From the IMG/VR virus record IMGVR_UViG_3300049023_000063, positions 1,175-65,174 of that record: 64,000 nucleotides of DNA; one strand, 5' to 3'. The translations under genes and the position numbers were made by a program. The DNA is from a virus (lineage: Duplodnaviria > Caudoviricetes). How positions within the stretch are numbered: the stretch's first letter is position 1; each line of letters starts with the position of its first letter. This document shows, one piece after another, positions 40,271 to 50,587 of this stretch. The notes beneath the pieces are model-generated. The model was given only the letters and a program-made list of their open reading frames with translations. It did no database searches and was not told the DNA's origin.

Positions 40271-41701
40271 TTAGCGAGTAGCTACTAATGTGAATGCGGG
40301 GTCGGCAAGTGTTGCATCAGCCGTGCCAGGCGCGATGATCGCCAAGATATCGCCGGCGGCAAGCGACTGAGATGTTCCGCCAGAGGTCGCAAAGGTGGCG
40401 GTCGTCCCGCCAGCACCGATAGTTACAGAGCCAATACTTGATCCGTTTTTCTGAACATCAAAAACAGTCGAGGCAGTAGCGTTTGCGGTGGCCGTAAAGT
40501 ATGACCCAGCAAAATTTGCTGCAAACGTTATAGCCCTGGCGATAGGAATGCGCATGACTTTCGCGCTAGATCCTGGAATACCTGGATAGAATGAAGAAAC
40601 ATCGAATGGTTGGGTCAACGTCGATGATAGTGTGGCTTTTATGTTGGCCCATGAAACCTTTTTCAGGATATTGGAAGCCGCACTGTCCATCAGGCCGATA
40701 TAGTCCGCATCGACCGGTGTAGTCTTGCTCGTAGCTCCGTTGATCAGTGCGCCTGCGGTGGTCGTGGTTTCATCGCCCGTGTTGGTGCCGGATATTGTCA
40801 GTCCGGAGTCCTTGATAAGCTTGCCGCTTGCTCCATCAAACAAGGCCACATGGCCATCGGTCGAAGATGCTGGACCAACTACTGCGCCATCAATATTCGT
40901 CTGGATGACTGTCCAGTTTGAACCAACTGCGCCTTGCGCGCCGGAAGATGTGCCATCGGTAAGGCACATGAACAAGTCGCCTACCTCGACATTTACCCCG
41001 CTGGCCCCGCCGATCTTGCCAGCCACGCTGACGCGATAGGTATGACCACGGTCCGCCGCTGGATAATTGGGGTTCCCAGAGCAATCCGTAGCCCCCTTGA
41101 ACACCATTGCGTCATTGGCGGCGACGATGCCATCTACGTAAGTCTTGACCGCCTTCTGCGAAGCTAAACGGCTATCGCTGTTGGCCGCAAGTGCAGTGTC
41201 AGTATCAACTGAAATACCAGAATCAGCGATGACTTTACCAGTCGTTCCACTGAAAACAGCGAGGTTATTATTTGTCGAAGAGCCTGGACCAGACACATCA
41301 CCTGAACCAACTCCGGCGCCAGGGGTTACCGCAACGACATTCGTACCATCGCAGCGGAGGATGGACGTGACGCCGCTCGATACGGCGATTCCAGTCCCTC
41401 CACTAGTTTTCAGCGTGATCGAATAACCTCCACTCGTAGCATTGACGAGCGTGTATTCCTTCTTATTTGTCGGCACCACAATGTTTCGATTTGCCGTGAG
41501 CGCACCAGTCAGCTTGATAACGCGGTACTGCCACTCCTGCGGTACAGTCGATGTGCTCAAGGTGTAGTTGGCATCAGTCATCGCGATGGAGACTTCCGAC
41601 AGGGCCGCATCCAAAACCGTGACGGCCTCGTTGACCGTCACCTCCTTCTGAGCCTGCGATGCTTCCACCAGGGTAATCTCAAGATTGCTAGTTGCGGTCA
41701 T
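40271..41701 (-). CDS. Tail fibre/receptor-binding protein with DUF2793-like N-terminus
   Basis: LVEASQAQKEVTVNEA...LD N-terminus; repeated GP.SSTD...A.F.G.TGK.I.DSG segments. Confidence 0.75.
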   Translation of the reverse strand: MTATSNLEITLVEASQAQKEVTVNEAVTVLDAALSEVSIAMTDANYTLSTSTVPQEWQYRVIKLTGALTANRNIVVPTNKKEYTLVNATSGGYSITLKTSGGTGIAVSSGVTSILRCDGTNVVAVTPGAGVGSGDVSGPGSSTNNNLAVFSGTTGKVIADSGISVDTDTALAANSDSRLASQKAVKTYVDGIVAANDAMVFKGATDCSGNPNYPAADRGHTYRVSVAGKIGGASGVNVEVGDLFMCLTDGTSSGAQGAVGSNWTVIQTNIDGAVVGPASSTDGHVALFDGASGKLIKDSGLTISGTNTGDETTTTAGALINGATSKTTPVDADYIGLMDSAASNILKKVSWANIKATLSSTLTQPFDVSSFYPGIPGSSAKVMRIPIARAITFAANFAGSYFTATANATASTVFDVQKNGSSIGSVTIGAGGTTATFATSGGTSQSLAAGDILAIIAPGTADATLADPAFTLVATR

Positions 41702-42549
41702 ACCGTGCCTTCCAATGCATAGCCGCGCCCAACTACGGCGCTGATTTGGTAAATGCGGAGATAAACCGGATCGCCAGGCGTGATGCCATCTGTGGTTTGA
41801 TCTGCTGCGGTGTAATCGGTGGTGACGTTGTTCACGCCGGATATCGTGCGGATCAAGGTCGAGTAATCCGAATTCCAGACCTCGACATCAAATGCAAGCG
41901 TTGCCTCACCCACTTGCACATCGACGTAATCGCGCCACTCGCCGCCAATGCGCGTGCGGCGCACCCAATTGATCGTCAGGTTATTCGACCCGTCGCGCTG
42001 GCCTGCCAGATGAACTGGGGCGTAGGGCTTCAAGCCAACGGCGCCATTGGCGAACGTCTGGGCCGTGGTGTTGCTCAGGGAGTCTCGGAATGTGACCGCC
42101 TTGAAGTATCGGGAGAGTCCGATTTCCGCCGTGCCAGGGTTGGGGCGCTGCCAAGTACTCACGTTGGCTAGAACAAACCTATCACCGACCTGATGCAATC
42201 CCTGCGCCCACTCGGTGCCGCGTCGGCCCCGTAACAGGCCGCTCAGGGTGTACACGCCAGCAGAAACCAGCGTGGCAGTCTTATACTGAACCACCTCCCA
42301 ACGTCCATGAGCGCCCAACATGAAAGCGCCTGCTCCGTTCAGCACTTGCAATTGCGTGTAGCTCGTGAGACTTCCAGTCGTTTGCAGCGTGATCGTGACG
42401 GTGTTCTCGTAATCGAACACGTTGCCACCACTAAAATCGCCCAAGGCATCCTGCGCGCTGCCGATGATTGTGCCACTGGTGGACGAAAGGACCGCCTCAT
42501 AGTTCGAGGCATCCGCGCTTTTGTAAAGCTGTGCGCCGGTCCATGTCAT
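41698..42549 (-). CDS. C-terminal part of the GTA-type baseplate hub/tail protein
   Basis: W.GA.LY.S...WEVVQY..A.LV..G.YTLSGLLRGRRGTE...WVRRTRIGGEW motifs. Confidence 0.75.
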   Translation of the reverse strand: MTWTGAQLYKSADASNYEAVLSSTSGTIIGSAQDALGDFSGGNVFDYENTVTITLQTTGSLTSYTQLQVLNGAGAFMLGAHGRWEVVQYKTATLVSAGVYTLSGLLRGRRGTEWAQGLHQVGDRFVLANVSTWQRPNPGTAEIGLSRYFKAVTFRDSLSNTTAQTFANGAVGLKPYAPVHLAGQRDGSNNLTINWVRRTRIGGEWRDYVDVQVGEATLAFDVEVWNSDYSTLIRTISGVNNVTTDYTAADQTTDGITPGDPVYLRIYQISAVVGRGYALEGTV

Positions 42550-45002
42550 GCTTCGCCCCCCATTGCCACGTAATAACCAGCGTTGTCATCCTCGTCGCGC
42601 AGAAGCGGCGCATCCATCATCACCAGGAAAGTGCGGCTCGCCTCGAACACGGATTGGATCTGGTAAGGAGGTGTGATCGCGTCGTCACCCGATTGTGTGT
42701 ATGTCGCCGCATCTTCAATTGCGCCTTCCCAATCGATCAGTCCGTTAGGCTGGTCGCGGCGGTTTGTGATGCGCACTCGATAGGTGACTTCATCAGTTGG
42801 AAGCAGGACGATATCGGTCGGTTCCAAGTATGCGTATTTACGCGTCGTGACCCAGCGGAAGGTCAGCTTTTGCCATGCCTGATACAGTGTGCACCTGGCG
42901 ATTTCCTTGGCCTTTGGCGCAGACATGACAATCGCCAACTGCAGGTTGATACGGTTGCGTGTGTCCTTCGTGATGCGGCGGTCGTACTGGTTCCCGATCT
43001 GGTGATCCGCATCAAAGTCGGGATATTCCACATCGCATTGGATCGGCAGTTCGGTATCGAAGGCACGGCGAATTTCAAGGTGTGCCGGCACTTCCTCTCC
43101 ATCCATGTGTGCCGCGCGGTCAGCCTTTGGAATAGTCGTCGTGGTGCTGGAGCCACGCTTGACGAACTTGATCTTGTCGTCGGATTCAACCGCGTCGAAG
43201 TAGAAGCCCTGCTGGAGTACTTCAATCGCTGCACGACCGGACATCTGGCGCGGCACGATGTAGCCCTTCACTTCGTCGGTCAATTCGCTAACGTTTATAT
43301 CTGATGCATCCAGATCCGCGCGTTCGCAAATATCGGTGACGATGTCAGACAGCAGAACACTTTCCGGGTCGATGCGATTGAACAGAGGGAGCTTGTAGAT
43401 CGTGCTAGTTCCGCTATCGGTGTAGATCAGGAATTCAGGATGGTTAGGGTATTCGAGCAGGTTGCCAACATTGGTAGGTCCTGTGTAAAGCCGCGCGGCT
43501 TCAACCTCGTAGGTGTTCGGGTTGATCGTATACAAGGTCCAATCAAGCCCCGCCTCATGGGCTGTGACGTAGTACTTGTCGTTTTGCTCGTGCCACAGAA
43601 TGCGCCTAAAGTTGGTGCTTGCAGTTACCGGCATCAACTCTGGCGGGAAGCTGATTACATGGTTTGTATAGGTGGTGGTATTTTGATTGAACTCGATAAT
43701 CGTACTTACCGATTCATTGATGATCAGAACACGATCACGATTGAGGTCGGCGGCCATGAATGCGGAGCTGCCGATATCTGTATTTCCGTAAGAACCAACC
43801 AGGCCACTAGACGATCCATTGAATATGCAAATCGACAATGCTTGATATGTCAGCACCGCGTCAGTTCCGTCACTCAGGTTAAGGATCTGATCTACGCCAA
43901 ATACCGAACCAGACAGAAGAATTCGCCCGGTCATGGAAGCTGGTGTGCCGCCACCGCCGGAATACAAAGTATCTGTGATGTTGGTGTTGGCCATCACCAC
44001 AGCACTGTGCATCGGAGAGTAGTGAATCAAGCCAGCCCACGTAATTGGGATACCTGGGCTTGGAGGTGGAGGCCACGTGTACCCACTTTCCTCGGTAACA
44101 TCGTAGGTAATTGGATCGATCATGACGACTTGCGAGCCGTTCTCGTTCTTGATCCAAAACTGACCTACATTCGGGTTATAGATGATGTCGCTACCCATGC
44201 TAGAAGAGGTAACGATAGGCGTGTAATTGATTTGTTGAATCAACGAACCTGTGATTGGGTCCGTGACAAATACTTCAATCCGCGTGCTTGGCACGCCTTG
44301 CACCGACCATACATAGCCCGACACCGGGTCAATCGCCATTTGATTGCCGCAGTCGCCAAGAGGAATCGCATCCTCATCACCAGGAACTCCAACAGTCACA
44401 ACCTCAAACTCGAATTGAGGCAAGCGACCATTCATTTCCGTTACGTCGTAATCCTCGAACACGACATAGGCATAACCGAGGTATGCGGGACTTGCTCCAT
44501 CAGTTGCCTCGATCAGCGGGTCAACCTCTTGATCTTCAGTGCCCAGGTAGAAGCGCAGACCGCTAATCATTGGGTCTTGGATCGCACCTTCGTTGGTCGT
44601 AGAAGCGTCGTAGACCAGCTTCTTGTTAGCCCAGATGCGGCGGATACCATCAATTGGGCCTTCGCAAACCATCACGGCAAACGACATGGTGTAGGTGTAG
44701 GTCGTCTGCTCCGGTCCACCTTTTGCGCTTTCCGAATGTGAGTGTTCGTTTGCCTCAAGGATCTGTGGCCAGATAACCGTGCCAGCATGTCTATTAGTGC
44801 CCCACTCAAACGGGATCGGCGCTCCATAGACGGAAAGCTGCTGGCGCAAATCTTCCAGGCGCGGGCCTTCGCGATCTGGTTGATCGAGATAGGCACCAAC
44901 ACCGGCAATCGCCGCGTAAGTAGCAAAGCCAGCCTGTGGGCTTTCCGTAAAAAAGCCAACTACCGCGCCAGCAATTGCGCCGACAACTTGATAGACGGAC
45001 AT
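42546..45002 (-). CDS. Baseplate hub/central tail protein, N-terminal part (GTA-like)
   Basis: GPRLEDL...S.YGAPIP...G...AGTVIW; PAYLGYAYVVFED; FYFDAVESD..IKFV.RG. Confidence 0.85.
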   Translation of the reverse strand: MSVYQVVGAIAGAVVGFFTESPQAGFATYAAIAGVGAYLDQPDREGPRLEDLRQQLSVYGAPIPFEWGTNRHAGTVIWPQILEANEHSHSESAKGGPEQTTYTYTMSFAVMVCEGPIDGIRRIWANKKLVYDASTTNEGAIQDPMISGLRFYLGTEDQEVDPLIEATDGASPAYLGYAYVVFEDYDVTEMNGRLPQFEFEVVTVGVPGDEDAIPLGDCGNQMAIDPVSGYVWSVQGVPSTRIEVFVTDPITGSLIQQINYTPIVTSSSMGSDIIYNPNVGQFWIKNENGSQVVMIDPITYDVTEESGYTWPPPPSPGIPITWAGLIHYSPMHSAVVMANTNITDTLYSGGGGTPASMTGRILLSGSVFGVDQILNLSDGTDAVLTYQALSICIFNGSSSGLVGSYGNTDIGSSAFMAADLNRDRVLIINESVSTIIEFNQNTTTYTNHVISFPPELMPVTASTNFRRILWHEQNDKYYVTAHEAGLDWTLYTINPNTYEVEAARLYTGPTNVGNLLEYPNHPEFLIYTDSGTSTIYKLPLFNRIDPESVLLSDIVTDICERADLDASDINVSELTDEVKGYIVPRQMSGRAAIEVLQQGFYFDAVESDDKIKFVKRGSSTTTTIPKADRAAHMDGEEVPAHLEIRRAFDTELPIQCDVEYPDFDADHQIGNQYDRRITKDTRNRINLQLAIVMSAPKAKEIARCTLYQAWQKLTFRWVTTRKYAYLEPTDIVLLPTDEVTYRVRITNRRDQPNGLIDWEGAIEDAATYTQSGDDAITPPYQIQSVFEASRTFLVMMDAPLLRDEDDNAGYYVAMGGEA

Positions 45003-45415
45003 TATTCAATCCCAGGAAAGCGGTACACGGCGACAGTCTTTTCTTGCCAGTACTTGGAGTAGGTTTGCTTGGCGGTCTTGCGCGCTTGCGTATAAGCGTG
45101 GACGATCTGGCCTTCGCCTACGTAAAGGGCCACGTGATGTGGCTCCATGCCGTTGAAGGCCATCAGCAACACATCTCCGGGCGCCAATTCGGATGCCTCA
45201 ACCCGCGTCAGGTAATGCTCAAGGACTGGTTGCAGCGCGCCATTCGGGCGCATTGGGTAGGCGGTCTGGTCTTGGAATACAAACCCAGCCTGGCGGGCGG
45301 AGCATGCGACCATGCCAATGCAATCAAGCCCGACACCTGGTTTGCGGCCTTGGGCGTGGAAAGGCGTTCCGATCATACTTTCGGCGGCTGTGATTAAATC
45401 TTCTCTTTTCATCAC
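45002..45415 (-). CDS. NlpC/P60 tail-associated peptidase
   Basis: GTPFHAQGRKPGVGLDCIG...HHVALY...HAY. Confidence 0.9.
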   Translation of the reverse strand: MMKREDLITAAESMIGTPFHAQGRKPGVGLDCIGMVACSARQAGFVFQDQTAYPMRPNGALQPVLEHYLTRVEASELAPGDVLLMAFNGMEPHHVALYVGEGQIVHAYTQARKTAKQTYSKYWQEKTVAVYRFPGIE

Positions 45416-46263
45416 ACGCCCTTAAACATTTGATCTTGCCCTGGTAGAGAAGGAAAACCCCTGAACCTGATGATGTTGCTGAACTTTGTATTGCAATCCT
45501 CGCTAGCGCGCTTGCGGCACCCGGCCCACACCGTCATCTGGTCGCCAATCGAAATCGCATAGGGCATCGATTCCTGAAGTTCAAACACGCCTCCGGACGA
45601 GTGCTGTTTGATCTCCATCGATAAACCGACATTCAGGCCGGTCGTGAAGGTGACCTTGCCAGCAGTGAAGAAGTCTGCAGCTTGTGCGAGAGTGGAAATG
45701 GTGAACGCGCGTTGGCTGGTGGCGGTCGTTACTGCTTTTCCGGAGAACTTCCAAGTACCCTCGGTTTCAGCGATGCCGCAGCGGGTGTCGAACAGGTTTG
45801 CATTGCACGCAGGTGTGACCACATCGCCAAGGGTTTGCTGGAGCTTCTGGGTGATACCGCGAAACTCCGCGCTATAGGTCCCACGACCGATGGAAATCTC
45901 ACCGAATGTGAAGCGCTTAACCTTCTCGCACCCCTGTGTAAGGTCTGAGTAGTTCACGCGCAGGACGCGAACGTCGCACAAGTCCCATAGGCCGGCGATA
46001 ATATCCGCCTCATTCACACCCAACGCCATCAGCGCCCCGCGCGCGTCCATCGTATCGACGTTCATCGCGGCGCTGGTTTCAGCCGTCGATGGGATGATCC
46101 CGAACGCTGACTTGTAGGTCACTCCATCGAAAACCAAATCTTGATCATGGTCGGGTGTCACAGCCAACACCTCGCCATCGGTGCGGGTCATTTTGATAAG
46201 GTGGCAAATCGTTGTGACAGGAAGGGCAAAATGCGCCTTCAGTTCCGCCGACATGGACTTCAC
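45412..46263 (-). CDS. DUF2163-family baseplate protein
   Basis: CNANLFDTRCG...GC.KR...C..KFSNIIRFRGFP.LPG. Confidence 0.88.
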   Translation of the reverse strand: MKSMSAELKAHFALPVTTICHLIKMTRTDGEVLAVTPDHDQDLVFDGVTYKSAFGIIPSTAETSAAMNVDTMDARGALMALGVNEADIIAGLWDLCDVRVLRVNYSDLTQGCEKVKRFTFGEISIGRGTYSAEFRGITQKLQQTLGDVVTPACNANLFDTRCGIAETEGTWKFSGKAVTTATSQRAFTISTLAQAADFFTAGKVTFTTGLNVGLSMEIKQHSSGGVFELQESMPYAISIGDQMTVWAGCRKRASEDCNTKFSNIIRFRGFPSLPGQDQMFKGV

Positions 46264-46838
46264 AGCACCATCTCCATCATTTTCAATTGGTCAGCCACAT
46301 ACATCAGACTGCCAGCCGCGCGCGCGACAATCTGCCAGGTCAATTCGGAGTTTTCAAACTGGACAGGGATATCGAAATCGCCAGTCCAGCCAGTTGGATC
46401 TGCGCCAGAGACTTTGGTGATGATCCCGGTCGTGTAATCGACCGTGTAGCTGCCGCCACCAGAAACAGTGATAGAGCTGACTGGCTTGGTGATCTTGCGG
46501 GTATAGGTCGCACTGCCTTTCGTGTACCGCTTCCCGATTTGGAAAGTAGTCGATGTCAGCATCGTGACAACACCAGACGTTCCGGCCTGATAGTCCGAGT
46601 AGTCGCGCATCCGGAATCCATCCGCTCGAACTGCACGGAAGAAGTTATCAATCTCGTCGCGCTCCGCTTGGGTGCGCGCGGTCGTGGTTCCGTCTAAGCG
46701 AGTCAGGTAGTGCGACCAATTCAGATTTGTGAAAACCTGGCCGCCATCTGTGCGAATGCGCGAACGCGAGTCAACCGGCCCCACTACCAACCCAAAGGCA
46801 AGATAATCTGGAAATCGTGGTGTTTCGAGGAAGGCCAT
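46260..46838 (-). CDS. DUF2460-family distal tail protein
   Basis: FLETPRFP...FF....ADGFRMRDYSDY...FDIPVQF. Confidence 0.85.
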   Translation of the reverse strand: MAFLETPRFPDYLAFGLVVGPVDSRSRIRTDGGQVFTNLNWSHYLTRLDGTTTARTQAERDEIDNFFRAVRADGFRMRDYSDYQAGTSGVVTMLTSTTFQIGKRYTKGSATYTRKITKPVSSITVSGGGSYTVDYTTGIITKVSGADPTGWTGDFDIPVQFENSELTWQIVARAAGSLMYVADQLKMMEMVL

Positions 46839-49800
46839 TAGTTATTCCTCCGGTTGCTGCGCGCAATGGCAATTGCAGTGCGGGATGCGACCTGATCTGC
46901 GCTCTCGCGCTGCGTGCCAGGCGGCACGTCAACTTTGATGTTCTGAATGATGTTGTTTTGCATGGGTTCAGTAGCCGACATCCAGCCCCCCGACATGGAT
47001 GACAGGCCGCTGCTGGTTACCCCAGAAGCGTTAGTGCTGAAGGTTGGAGATAAGGAGCCGGCGCTGAAAACGCCGCCGTTTGCAAAGGCATGGACCTTTC
47101 CATCAGGGGCGCGCACCGACAGTTTGCCGTTGGCATCGCGCGTCAGCGGGAGCATCATGTTCTCGCCACGGTTGCCGATCATCTTGATGGCCAGCTCGCC
47201 TTGCTTGTCGCGGTGCAGCGGCATGATCGCCTCAGGCCCAGCCTCGCCCATCAGACCAGTCCTGCCACCCGACATGGCGAACATGGTTGGTTTATCTACG
47301 ACGCCAGGAATACCACCCTTTGCGAACGGCACTACATTGCCGATGTCGTAGATGTTGCCGTTGGCAGCAACGGATGCGAAATCAGCGAAAAGGCCAATCA
47401 ATCCGCTTCCACCACTACTTGCGCCGCTACTTGCTGCCGCAGTCGCTGCAAACTCCAATGCCGCAGCCGCCGCAACAGCGGAAGTGGCAAGGGTGGCGAA
47501 CGAGGCATCTACCGCAACGGTCGTGGCACTGAGCGTCACCATGGAGGCGTCGGTAGTGGCCGTGACGGCAGCTAGTGATGTGAGTGCAGCGGTGGTTGCG
47601 GCGGCGGCTGTGGCTTCGGTCCCTGCGCTTGCCGCCTGGGCTACTGCGCCGGCTACCGAATCGGAAACCTGCGGTGTCGCACTTTTACCGCCAAACAGGC
47701 TTGAGGCGAAATCAACAATCCCGCCGAGACCACCATTCTTCCCAAAGAGCTGCTTGCTGATATCCTGCGCTGCCATCTTGGTCAGTTCAGCAGAAATACT
47801 GGAGAACATCGCCTTGAAGGCATCTTTGACGCTGGCGGTGCCGCTGGTCAGCTTGTCAAAGAAGCTCTCGAAGCCCGACTCGAAAACGCCCTCGAACTTA
47901 TCGCGCACCAGATCAGCGGAGGCGGCCAATTTCTCAACCTCTACCTGCAATTCCTTGGCGCGCTGGACAATCGCTGGATTTCCGGTTTGTGCGGCAACCT
48001 TGGCGTAGGCATTGGCAACGGCCTGGAGATCAACAACAGTCTGTGCGCGAGCATCACTCACAGCCCGCAGGCTTTCCAGTTCGCTCAGCGATCCATTTTG
48101 CGCGGCGATCTGCGCCTTATCCGTTGCGATAGCAAGGTCGGATTGGATACGCGCGCCCACTTCCTGCAACTCGTTCAGCTTGCCTTGTGCGGAGGTTATA
48201 TCGCGCAGCGCGGAAAGGTTGTTTAGCGCCCGGTTGGCCACAGTGGCTGCAGGCCCATCGCCCTTTTGTTGTGCTGCAGCCAGTTCGGATTCCAGCCGTT
48301 GGCGCAATTGGCGGTTCTGGTCGTCAAAACGACGCGCCGCCGCTTCGCCGGATTTACCCTGCTGCTCCAACAATGCAGTGTTCACATCTTCGATGGAACG
48401 CTTCAACTGATCGTAGGCGACTGCCTGGTCTTGAAGGTTGCGGATCGCATCGACGCCAGCCTTTTCCTGAAGTTGGGCTTTCTTGTCGATCAGCTCCTTG
48501 ATCTTGGCTTCGTTCTGCGCCTGTTCGCTGGCATCCTTAGCCTTGCGACCTCGCAGAAGTTCAATCTCTTTGGTGATATTGGCCTGTTGTGCGGCAAGCG
48601 CTTCGTCGGCTGCCGATTTGCGGGCGGAGTAATAGTCGGCAATCGAGATCAGGTCTTTCTGGTAAGCGTCCTGCAGGAACTCGTTACGTTGCACCAAGAG
48701 TTCGCGCTCGCGGTCGTTTAGCCGCTCAAGCTCGCGGATCTGGCCGGCTAGAATTGCGATAGCTGGATCTTGTCCGGAACCAGGAAGGCGTGGCGCTGCT
48801 GGTTTTGGTTTTGCCTGCTCAGGAGCCTTTTTGCTATCCTGCTGCGCCTTCTTTGGATCAAGGATTTCTTGCGTGGTCTTATCGACTGCAGCGCGGGCGG
48901 CTTTCGCGTCCTCCTTCATCTGCTCGCCGATGCTTGAGAACGCATTGAAGTCAAGGCGACCCAAGGCGGCTAGCTGCGCCGTGATGCCGCCGATTTCGTT
49001 ACCGACCTGCTTGAACACATAGCTCGTGTTGACGCCTAATACACTAATGGCCTCCACGACAGTATTGATTGCCTTACCAACACCGCTGAAGCCAGAACTG
49101 CTTTCCTTGACCTCCACCATCTTGTCTGCCAGCAGTTGAAGCGTTGGCAGGAGTTCAGCAGCAATCTGGTTACCAGCCGCGCCGGACAACAGTTTGATCT
49201 TCTCAAGAGTATCGTTGAAGGCATCGGACTTTTCAGCGATCTCTTGAGTGACCCCGGAATACTTCTGGAAGTATTCGATGTTCTTGCGCAGAGCTTCGCC
49301 GCCATCGTTCAGCAGCGGGATCATGTCAGCGCCAGCCTTGCCGAACAGGCGCAGAGCGATGGCTGCTTTCTCAGGGCCATCCGCATAGCCCTGGAACTTG
49401 TCAGCCACCTCCGCGATCACCTTGTCGGCGGTTTTCAGCTTTCCGCCAACGTCCTGAACGGAAATGCCCAACGCCTTGAAAGCGTCAATGCTCTCCTTAT
49501 TGCCCGATGCAGCCTCGGCGATGGATTTATTCAGCTTACCAGCGGCGGCAGATGCTGTTTCTAGATCACCACCAGCCTGCGCGGCAGCAAAACCAATACC
49601 ACCCAAGACATCGACAGCTACGCCTGTCTTTTTAGACAGGTCGTTCAGATGGTCTGCTGCGTCAATTGAATTCTTGACGATAGCGACCAAGCCGGCAACA
49701 GAGATGCCAGATGCGAGGCCAGCAAAGAGATTGCCTGCAAAGGCCTCCTTGATACCACCCGCCGACTTCTGTGCGGACGCCTGAATCTTATTCATGGCGT

Positions 49801-49849
49801 CTACAAACTTGGCGTAGTGTGCCTCGATGTCAATGCTCAGTAATGGCAT
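46838..49849 (-). CDS. Tape measure protein (1003 aa)
   Basis: Ala-rich helical protein; C-terminal FAKGG...GEAGPEAIMPL; follows the chaperone genes. Confidence 0.95.
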   Translation of the reverse strand: MPLLSIDIEAHYAKFVDAMNKIQASAQKSAGGIKEAFAGNLFAGLASGISVAGLVAIVKNSIDAADHLNDLSKKTGVAVDVLGGIGFAAAQAGGDLETASAAAGKLNKSIAEAASGNKESIDAFKALGISVQDVGGKLKTADKVIAEVADKFQGYADGPEKAAIALRLFGKAGADMIPLLNDGGEALRKNIEYFQKYSGVTQEIAEKSDAFNDTLEKIKLLSGAAGNQIAAELLPTLQLLADKMVEVKESSSGFSGVGKAINTVVEAISVLGVNTSYVFKQVGNEIGGITAQLAALGRLDFNAFSSIGEQMKEDAKAARAAVDKTTQEILDPKKAQQDSKKAPEQAKPKPAAPRLPGSGQDPAIAILAGQIRELERLNDRERELLVQRNEFLQDAYQKDLISIADYYSARKSAADEALAAQQANITKEIELLRGRKAKDASEQAQNEAKIKELIDKKAQLQEKAGVDAIRNLQDQAVAYDQLKRSIEDVNTALLEQQGKSGEAAARRFDDQNRQLRQRLESELAAAQQKGDGPAATVANRALNNLSALRDITSAQGKLNELQEVGARIQSDLAIATDKAQIAAQNGSLSELESLRAVSDARAQTVVDLQAVANAYAKVAAQTGNPAIVQRAKELQVEVEKLAASADLVRDKFEGVFESGFESFFDKLTSGTASVKDAFKAMFSSISAELTKMAAQDISKQLFGKNGGLGGIVDFASSLFGGKSATPQVSDSVAGAVAQAASAGTEATAAAATTAALTSLAAVTATTDASMVTLSATTVAVDASFATLATSAVAAAAALEFAATAAASSGASSGGSGLIGLFADFASVAANGNIYDIGNVVPFAKGGIPGVVDKPTMFAMSGGRTGLMGEAGPEAIMPLHRDKQGELAIKMIGNRGENMMLPLTRDANGKLSVRAPDGKVHAFANGGVFSAGSLSPTFSTNASGVTSSGLSSMSGGWMSATEPMQNNIIQNIKVDVPPGTQRESADQVASRTAIAIARSNRRNN

Positions 49850-49851
49850 CG

Positions 49852-50522
49852 CTATCCCTTGTTGAACGGTGTGTTATTTGCTACTGCGGTGAAGTAGGCG
49901 AGCGGATCTGGTTCTTCCTGCTCTACTTCTTTCTGGTCGCCGTAGATCGGCATAAAGTCCTGCGGCCTGGTGGTCGCATGGTTAGCAAGTTGCTTACCGG
50001 CGAAATTGGCGACTGTCGAAGCTATGACGCCGGCGCGGAAATCATCATCCTTGCCACCCCACTGATCGTCTTTGTAAGCCTCGATCCACAGGCTGAATTC
50101 TGCGGAGGACATGCTGTCGCATAGTTCCCCCAAAGTACGCCCCATCCTGAGCGCCAGCATCATCGCTAGGCGGAGGTCGGGGCTTCCTCGTTTTTTGAGG
50201 CTTGCTCACCGCCGAAGTCACCAAGGCGCCACGCGATATCCCATAGGCGCATTGCTGCGGAGAAGTTGGAGCCAATACGACCAAAAGCCTCCCACTCGCT
50301 GATGGTAAATATTGGTTGGTAGTCAGCATCCAGCACCGACACTGCGAGCAGCTTGGAAATATGAGCGAACTTGCTTCCACTGGTGTGCGGCGCGGACATA
50401 TCAAGTCGTTCGGACAAGCCTGGTGCTCGCACGATGACTTCGCCGCCCAACTCGGGAACATCAACGACCTCCTCCTTCTGGAGGATTGGTGCTTTTACTT
50501 CTGATTTCTTGAGGATTGCCAT
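49852..50522 (-). CDS. Tail assembly chaperones G (50166..50522) and GT via -1 frameshift
   Basis: Slippery heptamer A AAA AAC at 50190-50196; the -1 frame reads KKRGSPDLRLA into the 49852..50163 ORF. Confidence 0.85.
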
Positions 50523-50587
50523 TGCGGTTCCTTACTGGTTGAAAAACTGTGCGCCGCGTGACCGCAATCGCGGCGCACAGCGGCCTA

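Noticed and set aside
43440-44741. 433-aa plus-strand ORF
   Set aside because: Antisense to the baseplate hub gene.
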